Below are positions 17,185 through 27,148 of a stretch of DNA of 64,000 nt, piece by piece; the first letter of the stretch is position 1; each line of letters starts with the position of its first letter. The DNA is taken from assembly GCA_046328925.1 (NCBI GenBank), contig JAXLVT010000002.1, positions 129,949 through 193,948 on the forward strand, given 5' to 3'. A model generated the notes under the pieces. That model saw only the letters and a program-made list of their open reading frames with translations, was not told the origin of the DNA and ran no database searches. Both the position numbers and the translations under genes were made by a program. This DNA is from Anaerolineales bacterium (GTDB lineage Bacteria; Chloroflexota; Anaerolineae; Anaerolineales; Villigracilaceae).

Positions 17185-18945
17185 ATGCACTATAGACGTA
17201 AATTTTTATATGCTATGACCGTCGTTGTGCTCATTTCTATGCTTGCGACGATCACAGCTTATGCGGATGACACCCCGCCTCCTGCTCCAACGGAGGAGCC
17301 GACTCAGCTTCCAACTGAGGAGATTCTCCCGACAGCAGAACCAACCTCACAGCCTGTGGTTGAAGCGGTGTTGGACCAGATCCCTGCTGACACAGCCATT
17401 GTGGTTGTGGTCGATAGTGATGTCAAACCTTTGGCTTCACAAGCTGCGGCAGATGCCATCCTCACTGGAGACCCAGTATGGTGCCCATCTTCAGTTTCTG
17501 CTCCCACTCCCGGTGCAAATGGATGTACTTCCTCATATACCAGCTTGGCTAATTTATTGACATACTTGGATGGGAATGAACCATCACAAGATGGGGTGAT
17601 TTGGATTGAAGCCAGTTATCAAAGTAATTTAAACGACCCAGCCTCCTCAAACTTTATATTAGATGGTGCTTCGTTTACCACCATGAGCCAACATGCCTTG
17701 ACAATTCAAGGTGGTTGGAAAGGAACGAGTGGCAGTTCTAAAATTGGTTCTTCCTCTGTTTTTAATGGTGCTTCTTTGGTTGTTAATAATTGGTTTGCGG
17801 ACGTTACGATAAAAAATATTCAAATTCAGAATGCAAATGGGGATGGATTGGTTGTCGCTACTACTGGGAATATCAATCTTTCAAATGTTGATGCTCAAAA
17901 TAATGGCGGTCATGGCGCTTCTTTAGATAATTCGTCTGGCAGTGGAACGGTGACTGTTTCTGGAAAGAATCATTTTTCAAACAATGGGAACATGGGGTTG
18001 AAAATAGATTCTAGCGGAAATGTTTCAATTAATCATGTTGTCGCCAGTCAAAATGGAGAGAACGGAATTAATATCTTTTCTCAGGGTACTGTCACTGCTG
18101 ATAATTTAACCATTATTGGTAACGGAACAGGTTCTGGTGAGGGAAACCATGAAGGTGTGTTCATTCGAAATGATAGTGGAATGGGAAATGTGTTCATTGG
18201 CGGAACAAGCCTGTTCCAGGCCAATGATTACACCGGCCTTCGAATTAGCTCCAATGGCAAGGTAATTATCTCTGGAGTTACTAGTACACTTCATGTCAAT
18301 GATTTTGGTGTAGATATATCTACATATGGCGGAAATATTTCTATAGTTTGCAGTGCGTTTAAAAATAACTGGATGGGTGTCGCTGTAAATACAGATCATT
18401 CTGTTACGGAATATGGAGTTGAGTTTACAGAAAATTCTGGCGGTGATAATCTGATTAATGGGACGGGGACCTTATTGCAAGTTGCTAATTATGAATGTCA
18501 AAACAAGGTAAACAGCTTTAAGAAGAGAAAGCAGCCTTTGCTAAATATTATTCCTGTGACTGGTGATTTGCTTTGCGCTGAATACACTGGCACCATGTTG
18601 TTGCTCCCCAATGATGACCGTGTCATATTCCCATGTCCCTTGGATGGTGAAGGCTCATTGGAATCTGTAAGTAATACCCAAATCCCTGGTGCTCTTTCTG
18701 GAGAGTGGAAATTTCAATCTGCTTTTAGTGTTTCGTTACTCAAGAATGGCGAAAAGCAAACGGTTGTTTCTCCTTTTATCACGGTTTCATTTGCAATTCC
18801 TAATGGTGTCAATCCTCAAAAGCTGGCTATTCTATTTTGGGATGGCCAAGATTGGACTGAAGTGGAAAATGCCTATCCAAGTCCTGATGGACATTTTGAA
18901 GCAATTGTTGAAATTACTGGTGAATATATGTTGGTCAGCAAATAA
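17185..18945 (+). CDS. Secreted parallel beta-helix repeat protein
   Basis: Signal peptide (AYA/D), Pro/Thr/Glu linker, repeated N-G-x-x-G-(L/I)-x-(I/V) Asn/Gly rungs, C-terminal beta-sandwich-like domain (ILFWDGQDWTEV). Confidence 0.7.
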   Translation: MHYRRKFLYAMTVVVLISMLATITAYADDTPPPAPTEEPTQLPTEEILPTAEPTSQPVVEAVLDQIPADTAIVVVVDSDVKPLASQAAADAILTGDPVWCPSSVSAPTPGANGCTSSYTSLANLLTYLDGNEPSQDGVIWIEASYQSNLNDPASSNFILDGASFTTMSQHALTIQGGWKGTSGSSKIGSSSVFNGASLVVNNWFADVTIKNIQIQNANGDGLVVATTGNINLSNVDAQNNGGHGASLDNSSGSGTVTVSGKNHFSNNGNMGLKIDSSGNVSINHVVASQNGENGINIFSQGTVTADNLTIIGNGTGSGEGNHEGVFIRNDSGMGNVFIGGTSLFQANDYTGLRISSNGKVIISGVTSTLHVNDFGVDISTYGGNISIVCSAFKNNWMGVAVNTDHSVTEYGVEFTENSGGDNLINGTGTLLQVANYECQNKVNSFKKRKQPLLNIIPVTGDLLCAEYTGTMLLLPNDDRVIFPCPLDGEGSLESVSNTQIPGALSGEWKFQSAFSVSLLKNGEKQTVVSPFITVSFAIPNGVNPQKLAILFWDGQDWTEVENAYPSPDGHFEAIVEITGEYMLVSK

Positions 18946-18966
18946 GATGTAACAAGATTACAATTA

Positions 18967-18999
18967 GAGGGACGGAGACATTCCGTCCCTCATTTTTTT
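18967..18999 (+). terminator. Intrinsic terminator
   Basis: GAGGGACGGA-GACAT-TCCGTCCCTC followed by a T-run. Confidence 0.85.
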
Positions 19000-19014
19000 T
19001 CTGGAGACAAACCT

Positions 19015-19527
19015 GTGAAACGAAGCTTTTTTTCAATCCTATTGATTTTTCCACTGTTTCTGGCGGCATGTTTGGTTCAGCCACCCTCAGAGGTGGCAAC
19101 AGAAACGCCAGCCCCCACCTCCACACCGGATCTTTGTTCTTCTGAAAATTTACCCGGTGAAGTAGCCAAAGTAAACAAGATCATGCGCGAGTTTGATGAT
19201 TACTCATCTCTTGCATCCAATACGCCACAAGCGCAATTGGTCACCATCATTCCGGAGTTACAACGCCTATTACGCGATTCTGAAGATCAGGTGGTGCCTC
19301 CTTGTTTACAAAATTTGGTGAAACTACAACAAGCTCACATGAGCGTGGTTGTGCAAACCTTAATGTTATTTATGACTAGTACAGACCCCAATGTAATTAA
19401 TCCCGGAATTGCTCAGGCACGTGATTTACACAATCAATATGATGTTGAATTGGCGCGCTTGCTGGGTGTCACATTGGCTCCCACACCAACTCTGGCTCCT
19501 GTGATTGTACCGACCGCTACTCCTTAA
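19015..19527 (+). CDS. Hypothetical lipoprotein
   Basis: Lipobox LAAC, PT-rich ends, helical core. Confidence 0.7.
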   Translation: MKRSFFSILLIFPLFLAACLVQPPSEVATETPAPTSTPDLCSSENLPGEVAKVNKIMREFDDYSSLASNTPQAQLVTIIPELQRLLRDSEDQVVPPCLQNLVKLQQAHMSVVVQTLMLFMTSTDPNVINPGIAQARDLHNQYDVELARLLGVTLAPTPTLAPVIVPTATP

Positions 19528-19550
19528 TTAAATTTATAAAGGATTTTTTC

Positions 19551-20162
19551 ATGGAAGAACTTCACCCTTCATTAACCTCTCTTGCTGACGACTTGTTGGA
19601 AGCTGGTTGCATTAAGTTTGGAGAATTTACTCTGAAGTCTGGCTTGCAATCCCCGATTTATATTGACTTGAGACGCATCATTTCGTATCCAAGCTTGCTT
19701 CAAAAAATCGGACAGGCTTACCTGCCGATTTTGAAAAACTTGAAGTTCGAACGGATTGCGGCCTTGCCTTATGCTGCCATTCCCATTGCAACGGCAGTCT
19801 CTTTACAGGGAAGCTTTCCCATGATTTACCCCCGCAAAGAAGTGAAAACATATGGCACCAAAGCCGAGATTGAAGGTGACTTTAAAACTGGTGAAACTGT
19901 TGCCGTGATTGATGACCTTGCGACTACCGGTGGAAGTAAATTCGAAGCCATCGAAAAATTGACAGCGGTTGGATTAAAAGTAACAGATGTTGTTGTTTTG
20001 GTAGATCGTCAATCGGGTGCAAAGGAGTCACTGGAACAAGCCGGGTTCCATCTCCATGCTGTGTTGACCATTACCCAGTTGCTCGCTTATTGGGAGAAAA
20101 CTGGAAAAGTTGAAAAATCTAAAATTGAAGAGACGCGAAATTTCTTAAAGCAGACTGGGTAG
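19551..20162 (+). CDS. pyrE: Orotate phosphoribosyltransferase
   Basis: FGEFTLKSGLQSPIYIDLR, RKEVKTYG, VIDDLATTGGSK. Confidence 0.95.
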   Translation: MEELHPSLTSLADDLLEAGCIKFGEFTLKSGLQSPIYIDLRRIISYPSLLQKIGQAYLPILKNLKFERIAALPYAAIPIATAVSLQGSFPMIYPRKEVKTYGTKAEIEGDFKTGETVAVIDDLATTGGSKFEAIEKLTAVGLKVTDVVVLVDRQSGAKESLEQAGFHLHAVLTITQLLAYWEKTGKVEKSKIEETRNFLKQTG

Positions 20163-20171
20163 GAGGAAACT

Positions 20172-20723
20172 ATGCCTGGCTTGGCAGTTAATGTTGCAGT
20201 GATAGATCAAAATAAAATTCTATTAACAAAGCGTGAAGATTTTGAGACTTGGATTTTGCCAAGTGGTGGCGTCGAAGACAGAGAAAGTTTCGCACAAGCT
20301 GCAATTCGAGAAACAAAAGAAGAGACTGGGTTAGATGTTGAACTGACGGGTTTGGTTGGCGTTTATTCTCGATTAGGTAATATGGCTCCAGTCCATGCTG
20401 TTTTGTTCTCAGCAAGGTTAATTGGTGGAGATATCAAATGCCAGGAAGGGGAAACTATAGCTGTGGAATGGTTTGATTTTGATAAGCTGCCAGAGCCGCT
20501 TTCAGCAGGCCAAAGAAAAAGAATTGAAGATGCTATTGTAGGAAAAAGAGGCGTGGCTGTATTACAAGAGATAGATATACCTAACTCTTCAAATGAGTTA
20601 ACAAGAAAAGACCTGCTGAAATTTCGTGATGAATCAGAGTTGCCTCGTCATGAATTTTATGTGAAGTGGATGAAACAAGCAGTATTGAAAAAAATAACTG
20701 AGGTTGATAGCACAAGAAAATAA
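20172..20723 (+). CDS. NUDIX hydrolase
   Basis: Nudix box GGVEDRESFAQAAIRETKEETGL. Confidence 0.9.
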   Translation: MPGLAVNVAVIDQNKILLTKREDFETWILPSGGVEDRESFAQAAIRETKEETGLDVELTGLVGVYSRLGNMAPVHAVLFSARLIGGDIKCQEGETIAVEWFDFDKLPEPLSAGQRKRIEDAIVGKRGVAVLQEIDIPNSSNELTRKDLLKFRDESELPRHEFYVKWMKQAVLKKITEVDSTRK

Positions 20724-20741
20724 ACTGAACTATTGAAATGG

Positions 20742-20782
20742 AAAAGAGGCCACAAAGATTGAGATCTTTGTGGCCTCTTTTT
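20742..20782. terminator. Bidirectional terminator between convergent genes
   Basis: AAAAGAGGCCACAAAGAT-TGAG-ATCTTTGTGGCCTCTTTT. Confidence 0.85.
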
Positions 20783-21635
20783 ATTCCTTTCGTTTGTACC
20801 TTGCTGTCAATATTGGGATATTGGTAGTTTCAGCTATTTCTGCGGTCACATTCGGGGTATATAGTTGACGGAGTGCATTGGCACTATAAGGGGAACCCAT
20901 ACAAAGCAAATCGTAATTTCCTTCCTTCAACTCAGCCAAAATCTCTTCCACTACATTTCCTTGCCTGGTTTTTACTTGCGCATTTAATCCATCTGTTTGG
21001 GCAATCTCCAAGGCTTGGCGCAGACTTTTCCCAATGGGGGTATTGGTCTCTGTTAGAGACTGCCAGTTTTCACGAACAGTTCGCGCCGTGGGGTAATCCA
21101 AATCCATGGGCGGGACAATATGGAGCAAGGTTACTTCGGATCTGCCTTTCATTGCCAATTGCATGGCAATATGTTCAGCCGTGATTTCGTACCCAAGACC
21201 GCCGATACAAATCAACACTTTTTTCAATGGCAGTTTCATTTCAGGGACATAGAGAATCGGTTTCTCAATTTGTTCCATCAAATGACGAATTGAACGACCA
21301 ATCAGCATCCGTCGAAGTTGTGGGCGTCCCAGTGGACCAATCACCGTGATGTAATTTCCCTGGCGGACTCTGCGTGGAATAATTTCTTCCGCATCACCGT
21401 TCTGGACCTCAAGACTGTATTTGAGTCCTTTGCTTTGAAACAATTCCACAGCTTTTTCAAAGACATCTTCCAACGGGTGGTGGTCGTCAATCGCAGCAGG
21501 ATTCAGCTTTTCGGTCACGCCTAGAAGCGTAATGTTTGCGTCAATCACGGTTGCCAGCCACGCCCCATATTCAATCGCAGGCCAGGTTCCCTTATATCCA
21601 TTTGTAGTGATTAATAATTCAGGTTGCATATTCAT
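20781..21635 (-). CDS. Tandem-domain universal stress protein
   Basis: Two USP folds; GNVVEEILAELKEGNYDLLCMGS, NIPIL. Confidence 0.85.
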   Translation of the reverse strand: MNMQPELLITTNGYKGTWPAIEYGAWLATVIDANITLLGVTEKLNPAAIDDHHPLEDVFEKAVELFQSKGLKYSLEVQNGDAEEIIPRRVRQGNYITVIGPLGRPQLRRMLIGRSIRHLMEQIEKPILYVPEMKLPLKKVLICIGGLGYEITAEHIAMQLAMKGRSEVTLLHIVPPMDLDYPTARTVRENWQSLTETNTPIGKSLRQALEIAQTDGLNAQVKTRQGNVVEEILAELKEGNYDLLCMGSPYSANALRQLYTPNVTAEIAETTNIPILTARYKRKE

Positions 21636-22223
21636 CTACCGAAACAGGAATAATCCGATAACACCTGCACCAATCAATACATATTGTGGTGGCAGTTTGA
21701 AAACGGTTAAAGCGACCAGCGCAACCAGACCAATCAGGACGGTGCGCCATTTAATAAACTTGGGGTTAGAGGAACGAATCAGTTGCCATGAAACCAACGC
21801 CAGCAAAACTCCCACGGCTGGACTCATACCTTTGATGAAATGATTCATCCAATCCTGCCCATTGAAGCGCACAAGCACAGAAGCAACCGTGAGCATAATG
21901 ACCGTCGGTGGAATAATTGCACCTAACAACGCGGCGGCCATGCCGGGCAATCCACCGGAAGCATACCCAATGAACATGGCTAACTTAAGTGCTTCGCTGC
22001 CGGGTACCAAATTGGAAAAGCCAACCGCTTCTACAAATTGTGCTTCAGTCATAATTGAGCCGACGGTTTCCTTATACAACAAGCCGACTGAAGTTGGGCC
22101 AGCTGTGGTCAATAGATTCACCTTGAGAAATATCCAAAATAGCCGCATATCTATTTTGAATTTGGAACCTGTTTTGGCAGGCTGTTCGTTTTCTGTTTCT
22201 GGATGATTTGACATATTGTTCAT
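21636..22223 (-). CDS. Short-chain chromate-ion transporter (CHR) family protein
   Basis: MTEAQFVEAVGFSNLVPG, GGLPGMAAALLGAIIPP, FIKGMSPAV. Confidence 0.8.
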   Translation of the reverse strand: MNNMSNHPETENEQPAKTGSKFKIDMRLFWIFLKVNLLTTAGPTSVGLLYKETVGSIMTEAQFVEAVGFSNLVPGSEALKLAMFIGYASGGLPGMAAALLGAIIPPTVIMLTVASVLVRFNGQDWMNHFIKGMSPAVGVLLALVSWQLIRSSNPKFIKWRTVLIGLVALVALTVFKLPPQYVLIGAGVIGLFLFR

Positions 22224-22741
22224 CTAAATAGAAATGTCCCGATGATGCCACAAACAAGAAGGACCAACGGAGCTGGGATATCCAATAACAAAGCGACCAA
22301 CCCGACTCCACCTAAAGCGAGGGATTGCCAGCTCATCGCAGTATCTGTGTTGCCCCGAAAGATTTTCCATGCAACGGTTAATATCAACATGGCTACTGCA
22401 GGAGTCAAGCCTTCTACAAAGCGGCTGACCCAGGCTTCGCGTTGAATACGATGTAGCACTGTCACGACGCCAAACATGATAATGGTGGGGGGCAGAATGG
22501 CAGCAAATAGTGAAACGAGTCCACCGGGAATTCCTGCCACTGTAAAACCAACGAACATGGCAAGTTGCAGCGCATCACTGCCAGGCAGAAGGGTTGCCAG
22601 GCCAACTGCTTGCACAAATTGATTCTCAGTCAGGAAGTGCCCCACAGCTTCGTTATATAACAAACCTGTAGACGCCGACCCGGAAGTGCTAAGCAGGTTG
22701 ATCTTTAGGAAAGTCCAAAAAAGTGTAAGGAGAATGTGCAA
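22220..22741 (-). CDS. Short-chain CHR family protein (partner)
   Basis: LTENQFVQAVGLATLLPG, AGIPGG, LPP, VEGLTPAV; ATGA overlap with the next gene. Confidence 0.8.
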   Translation of the reverse strand: MHILLTLFWTFLKINLLSTSGSASTGLLYNEAVGHFLTENQFVQAVGLATLLPGSDALQLAMFVGFTVAGIPGGLVSLFAAILPPTIIMFGVVTVLHRIQREAWVSRFVEGLTPAVAMLILTVAWKIFRGNTDTAMSWQSLALGGVGLVALLLDIPAPLVLLVCGIIGTFLFR

Positions 22742-22764
22742 GTTAATAATCCACTCTGTAGGCG

Positions 22765-23445
22765 TTATTGTTGGAAGATTACGTTTTTATATCCAAGCGC
22801 CATGAAGAAGCGTTGTAAATAAGTTTCGGCATTTCTTTGTGCTTGAGTCAAAATTCCATCTTCTAATGCGGCACTTGTGATTTTATCTTTGCCAGTGCTT
22901 AGAGTGTCAATTACTAAATTTGGATCCACTTGCGCAAAGATACCATCTTGAATGGTGTAAACTTCGGTTTTATTTTCATCCAAGGTAACAGTCAAGATTT
23001 CAGCAGGTGGTAATTTTACATACAAGACATCCCCTTGTAATTGCATATCCGTGGGATTCATTTTTTCCATATCAATGCCAGCAATGACGGTCCCATGCAT
23101 TTGAATGAGAATTTTGCTACCAAAAGCGAAAGCCAAAGTCCCTTGGTTGACCTCAGCCGTGACAACTTGTTCTACTGTGTATTGAATTGTCTCCAAGCGT
23201 GCAAGGGAACGGATTTCGTTGATGTGGGTAACAGGGTCAGGAATAATGGTTGGCGTAGGATTCATCAACTGTGAAACTTGAGATTGTAAAGTTTGGTTCG
23301 CTTGTTGAATTCCTTGAAAAGGAGCTTGTGCAGCTTGTGCGGCAGCATCGGCAGTTTCGCGTACGGTCTGCACGATAAAATAAACGCCAGCCGCCAGTAC
23401 CACCAGTATTAATATGGACATAATTGTGCTGAATGTGTTTTTCAT
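22765..23445 (-). CDS. DUF4230-family membrane-anchored protein
   Basis: N-terminal TM; RLETIQY, GTVIAGIDM, LPPAEIL, ALEDGILTQAQRNAE. Confidence 0.8.
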   Translation of the reverse strand: MKNTFSTIMSILILVVLAAGVYFIVQTVRETADAAAQAAQAPFQGIQQANQTLQSQVSQLMNPTPTIIPDPVTHINEIRSLARLETIQYTVEQVVTAEVNQGTLAFAFGSKILIQMHGTVIAGIDMEKMNPTDMQLQGDVLYVKLPPAEILTVTLDENKTEVYTIQDGIFAQVDPNLVIDTLSTGKDKITSAALEDGILTQAQRNAETYLQRFFMALGYKNVIFQQ

Positions 23446-23520
23446 GTTGTCCTCTTCGGGCTAAGGTAAAAGTTCTTGTCTTATTATAGCAACCTCATTA
23501 TGATTGTGCTTGTGCAAAAA

Positions 23521-24528
23521 ATGAAAAAACTTCTCCTTCCTCTTTTATTCGTCATGTTGGGATGTTCATTCCCTGTACGATTGACAACCGATTTGCCTAC
23601 ACAGACACCAACTTCTGCGGCGATTCCTTTATCGACACAGACGCCTCTGGCCACGCCCGAGCCTGGTACTGAGAAAAATCCATTGATCCTCGCTTTAGGT
23701 CCCTCTGCCCATAGCAGTGATGAATTGGTTGTAGCTGGTGAAACGATTGCAGCCTTTCTTGAAGCGCATACCGGATACCGGGTAGTGACTGTTTCTCCTG
23801 CTTCTGAAACAGATTTGTTGGATTCTTTCAGTAAAGGGAATGCTCACATTGCGGCACTTTCCCCTTTTGGATATTTGCTTGCTCAACAGGCTAGTTCGGC
23901 GACGGTTATCCTTGCGAGTGTACGAGATGGAAAGATGTTTTACGGCGCACAATTTATTGTCAACCGTGAGAGTGAATTTACTTCCTACTTTGATGTAGTT
24001 CGTAATGAAAACACTGCTGACTTGAACACAGCCTTGAAACAATTTGATGAGAAAAAACCTTGTTGGAGCGATGCCTCTTCTCCATCAGGGTATGTACTGC
24101 CGCTCGGATTGCTGAATCAAGCCGGGGTTACGCCCAGAAGTGGTGCGTTTCTCGAAGGTCAACCGAGTGTGGTGCGAGCTGTCTATGCGGCGGATATTTG
24201 TGACTTTGGCGTGACGTTCATCGATGCACGAAACTCACCTACTTTGGAAGCCAGTTACCCGGATGTGATGGATAAAGTGGTCGTGGTTTGGCGTACAGAT
24301 GCGGTAGTGCCGTATGAAAATATCTCAGTGTCTACGAATCTGCCATTTGAGATGCGACGTGTGATTCAACGAGCCTTCATTGATTTGATGCTTACGCCTG
24401 ATGGGAAAGCTGCGGTTCGAACCGTTTATGGAATTGATGAATTGCAGGTGGCTGATGAAACCATGTATGATGCTTTCAGTAAAATTGTCAGCGCCTCTAA
24501 ATTGAACCTGCTTGATTTACTTAAGTAA
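23521..24528 (+). CDS. PhnD/PtxB-like solute-binding lipoprotein
   Basis: Lipobox LGC; LSPFGY, FYGAQFIV, DASSPSGYVLP, V..VY...CDFG. Confidence 0.75.
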   Translation: MKKLLLPLLFVMLGCSFPVRLTTDLPTQTPTSAAIPLSTQTPLATPEPGTEKNPLILALGPSAHSSDELVVAGETIAAFLEAHTGYRVVTVSPASETDLLDSFSKGNAHIAALSPFGYLLAQQASSATVILASVRDGKMFYGAQFIVNRESEFTSYFDVVRNENTADLNTALKQFDEKKPCWSDASSPSGYVLPLGLLNQAGVTPRSGAFLEGQPSVVRAVYAADICDFGVTFIDARNSPTLEASYPDVMDKVVVVWRTDAVVPYENISVSTNLPFEMRRVIQRAFIDLMLTPDGKAAVRTVYGIDELQVADETMYDAFSKIVSASKLNLLDLLK

Positions 24529-24547
24529 ATTGCTGTAAAATCATTCG

Positions 24548-25225
24548 ATGTTTAATAAACTCCGAAAAGCTGTATTTGTGTTATTTAAAGCAGCATTTAA
24601 CTTGTTTTTATTCCTTGCCTTCTTTGGTACTGTTGGTTTGCTTTTTCCAAGATTTGTTTTCTTCTTATATGCACACCCTAGAACGTTTAATGTGGAGACT
24701 GTCCCTGCGGAACGTGTAGCGATAGTTTTTGGCGCAGCAGTAAAAGCGGATGGAACTCCTTCTGCTGTATTAAGAGACCGTGTTGAAATTGCAGTGCAGT
24801 TATATAAAGCTGGCAAAGTGAAAAAGTTATTGATGAGCGGTGATAATCGCTTTGTCAATTACAACGAACCTGATTCAATGCGGCAGTATGCCATCAGTTT
24901 GGGTGTTCCAGAGGAAGACATTGTTTCTGATTATGCTGGGCGTCGTACATATGACACTTGTTATCGCGCGCATGATATTTTTGGATTGAATTCTGCGATT
25001 TTGGTAACCCAGGATTTTCATTTACCTCGTGCTTTGGTGTTGTGCAATCTCTTGGGTGTGAAAAGTACTGGCGTTGAATCAAATCAATATCACTATCGCA
25101 GACTCTCATTAATAATTTGGAATGTGCGCGAAACTTTGGCAACTCTGGCTTCAATTTATGATGTCTATTGGCGCAAACCCTTGCCTGTGCTCGGGCAATT
25201 TGAACCTATTTATCCGGAGGAATAA
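24548..25225 (+). CDS. SanA/YdcF (DUF218) family protein
   Basis: IVFGAAV, LMSGDN, YNEP, DYAGRRTYDT, TQDFHLPRA, RE. Confidence 0.9.
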   Translation: MFNKLRKAVFVLFKAAFNLFLFLAFFGTVGLLFPRFVFFLYAHPRTFNVETVPAERVAIVFGAAVKADGTPSAVLRDRVEIAVQLYKAGKVKKLLMSGDNRFVNYNEPDSMRQYAISLGVPEEDIVSDYAGRRTYDTCYRAHDIFGLNSAILVTQDFHLPRALVLCNLLGVKSTGVESNQYHYRRLSLIIWNVRETLATLASIYDVYWRKPLPVLGQFEPIYPEE

Positions 25226-25791
25226 TGAATCGCAGTGAAGCTTTAGCTCTTGTCCGTGAGTTTGTGAAAAATGAAGGTTTGGTTCGTCATATGCTTTCGG
25301 TGGAAGCCGCCATGCGTTTTTATGCAGAAAAATATGGTGAAGATGTTGAGACTTGGGGATTAATTGGTCTGTTGCATGATTTCGATTGGGAAATTCACCC
25401 AACTTTGGAACATCACCCACAGTCAGGGTCAGCAATCCTGCGTGAACGTGGTGTGAGCGAAGATATCATTCAGGATATTTTGAGTCATGCCGATCATACA
25501 GGTGTGCCACGTGACACGACTCGTAGAAAGACTCTCGCTGCTTGTGATGAAGTGACGGGTCTGGTCACCGCTGTGGCATTGGTACGGCCTTCGAAATCAT
25601 TGTATGACCTCGAAGCTTCATCTGTAAAAAAGAAGTGGAAGGATAAAGCCTTTGCTGCTGGTACAGACCGCGATGAAATGGAACATGCTGCGAAAGAATT
25701 GGGTGTGGATATTTGGGAGCACGTTACCAATGTCATTGCCGCCATGCGCAAGATTGCACCTGACTTGGGATTGGTTGGAAATTTACCATAA
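25225..25791 (+). CDS. HD-domain predicted hydrolase
   Basis: RHMLSVEAAMR, GLLHDFD, ACDEVTGL, KKKWKDKAFAAG. Confidence 0.88.
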   Translation: MNRSEALALVREFVKNEGLVRHMLSVEAAMRFYAEKYGEDVETWGLIGLLHDFDWEIHPTLEHHPQSGSAILRERGVSEDIIQDILSHADHTGVPRDTTRRKTLAACDEVTGLVTAVALVRPSKSLYDLEASSVKKKWKDKAFAAGTDRDEMEHAAKELGVDIWEHVTNVIAAMRKIAPDLGLVGNLP

Positions 25792-25816
25792 CCATAATTA
25801 TAAGTAGATGAGAAAC

Positions 25817-25848
25817 GAAAAAGCGGATTCTTTTGAATCCGCTTTTTC
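25817..25848. terminator. Bidirectional terminator
   Basis: GAAAAAGCGGATTC-TTTT-GAATCCGCTTTTTC. Confidence 0.85.
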
Positions 25849-25862
25849 GTTTCTATATTTAT

Positions 25863-26588
25863 TTATTGACCAAACAATGCCGCGCCGACAATCCCTGCTT
25901 CGTTTTGAAATTGTGCAGGAACTACTTTCGCTTGCACATCTAATGAGAATAAATTTTTCGTGTTCTTTGCTAATTCCTCCGCCAATAATGAAGAGGTCGG
26001 AGCAGAAAAGTTTTCAAGGTTACTCAAATAACGAGTTAAGACGTTTGGCGTATTTTTTCGAGGAAAGGTCATCGCGTTGACGGGCTGCATCGGACGCACG
26101 AGTCTCTGCGTCGGCCTTTCACTTCCAAGATGCCCAAATTCTGTATTGGGTAGCAAACTTCCTTTATAGAAAATGGCGGTTCCAATTCCCGTGCCAAGTG
26201 TGATCATGATGACGGTGCCAGGATGATCTTTCCCAGCGCCAAATTTCATCTCTGCCAAACCGGCTACATCTGCATCATTTCCAACTTTACAAGGAGAACC
26301 AGTAATGGTTGAAAATAGTTCATCTGCGTTGATGCCTACCCATTTTTGTGACACATTGGCGGCCATCATGGGAATGCCATTCTTGATTGGGGCAGGAAAG
26401 CCAATGCCAATGGGGCCTTGCCGTGAAAAGATTGTGCGATTTGGGCCACAATTTCTGCAACTGGCTTAGGTTCTGCTCCTTTGGGAGTCTTGATGCGAAG
26501 TCTTGCTCCAACCAGTTTGCCGGTTTCAATATCGAAAGCAGGTGCACCTTTGATGCGAACCGCCTACGTCAACGCCAAGGATTTGCAT
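25863..26588 (-). pseudogene. ppgK: Polyphosphate glucokinase (ROK family), multiply frameshifted as sequenced
   Basis: Fragments in different frames: MQILGVDVGG, IKGAP, GPIGIGFPAP, NDADVAGLAE, TLGTGIGTA, LPNTEFGHL, NEAGIVGAA. May be a sequencing artefact. Confidence 0.8.
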
Positions 26589-26705
26589 GGATTTCTCCTG
26601 AGTTCAGAATTTTATGCATTTAACCACAGATGGTTTTGAATGTACATAAAAGCAGGTTTGTTATTTATGTTGACCTAAATTGAAATCCGATATTCTGAAG
26701 TTATC

Positions 26706-27123
26706 TTAACTTTTGAAATAGTAGTCCCGTAATGTAGAACTGCCTTCAGTTTTGATGATTTTCAAACCGGAAACTCCTGCTCTTGTGTTACTCCAAATGC
26801 GAAAATCTGGAGTGCTGCCATCTCCACCTGTAAAAGTTTGCATTGCAAATTCTACGGGTGTGTTACTACCCTTTTGAACAGAAATCCCAAAACTGACAGG
26901 CCCACTCATGGCACATTCCATGCCGAGTGGGCAGCGCTGGTCTCCTGTGACAGAAATGAGTTTAATCGTAAAGCCAGCATCTGTAATCGTTGCAGTTTGG
27001 TCAATACCAAGGGTGAAGGTATTCCCAGTGGTGGTCGTGATGGGGGAGCAATGGGGTTGCTGATTTGCAGGCTGTTAAGAGAATGGTGAATATTAGAAAT
27101 ACGACAAAGACTTTGATTTTCAT
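26706..27123 (-). pseudogene. Small lipoprotein gene, apparently frameshifted
   Basis: MKIKVFVVFLIFTILLTACKS (lipobox, RBS GAGG) at 27123 ends prematurely; the probable C-terminal part is ORF 26706-26921. Confidence 0.5.
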
Positions 27124-27148
27124 GGAAACCTCTTGAAAGAAATGATGC

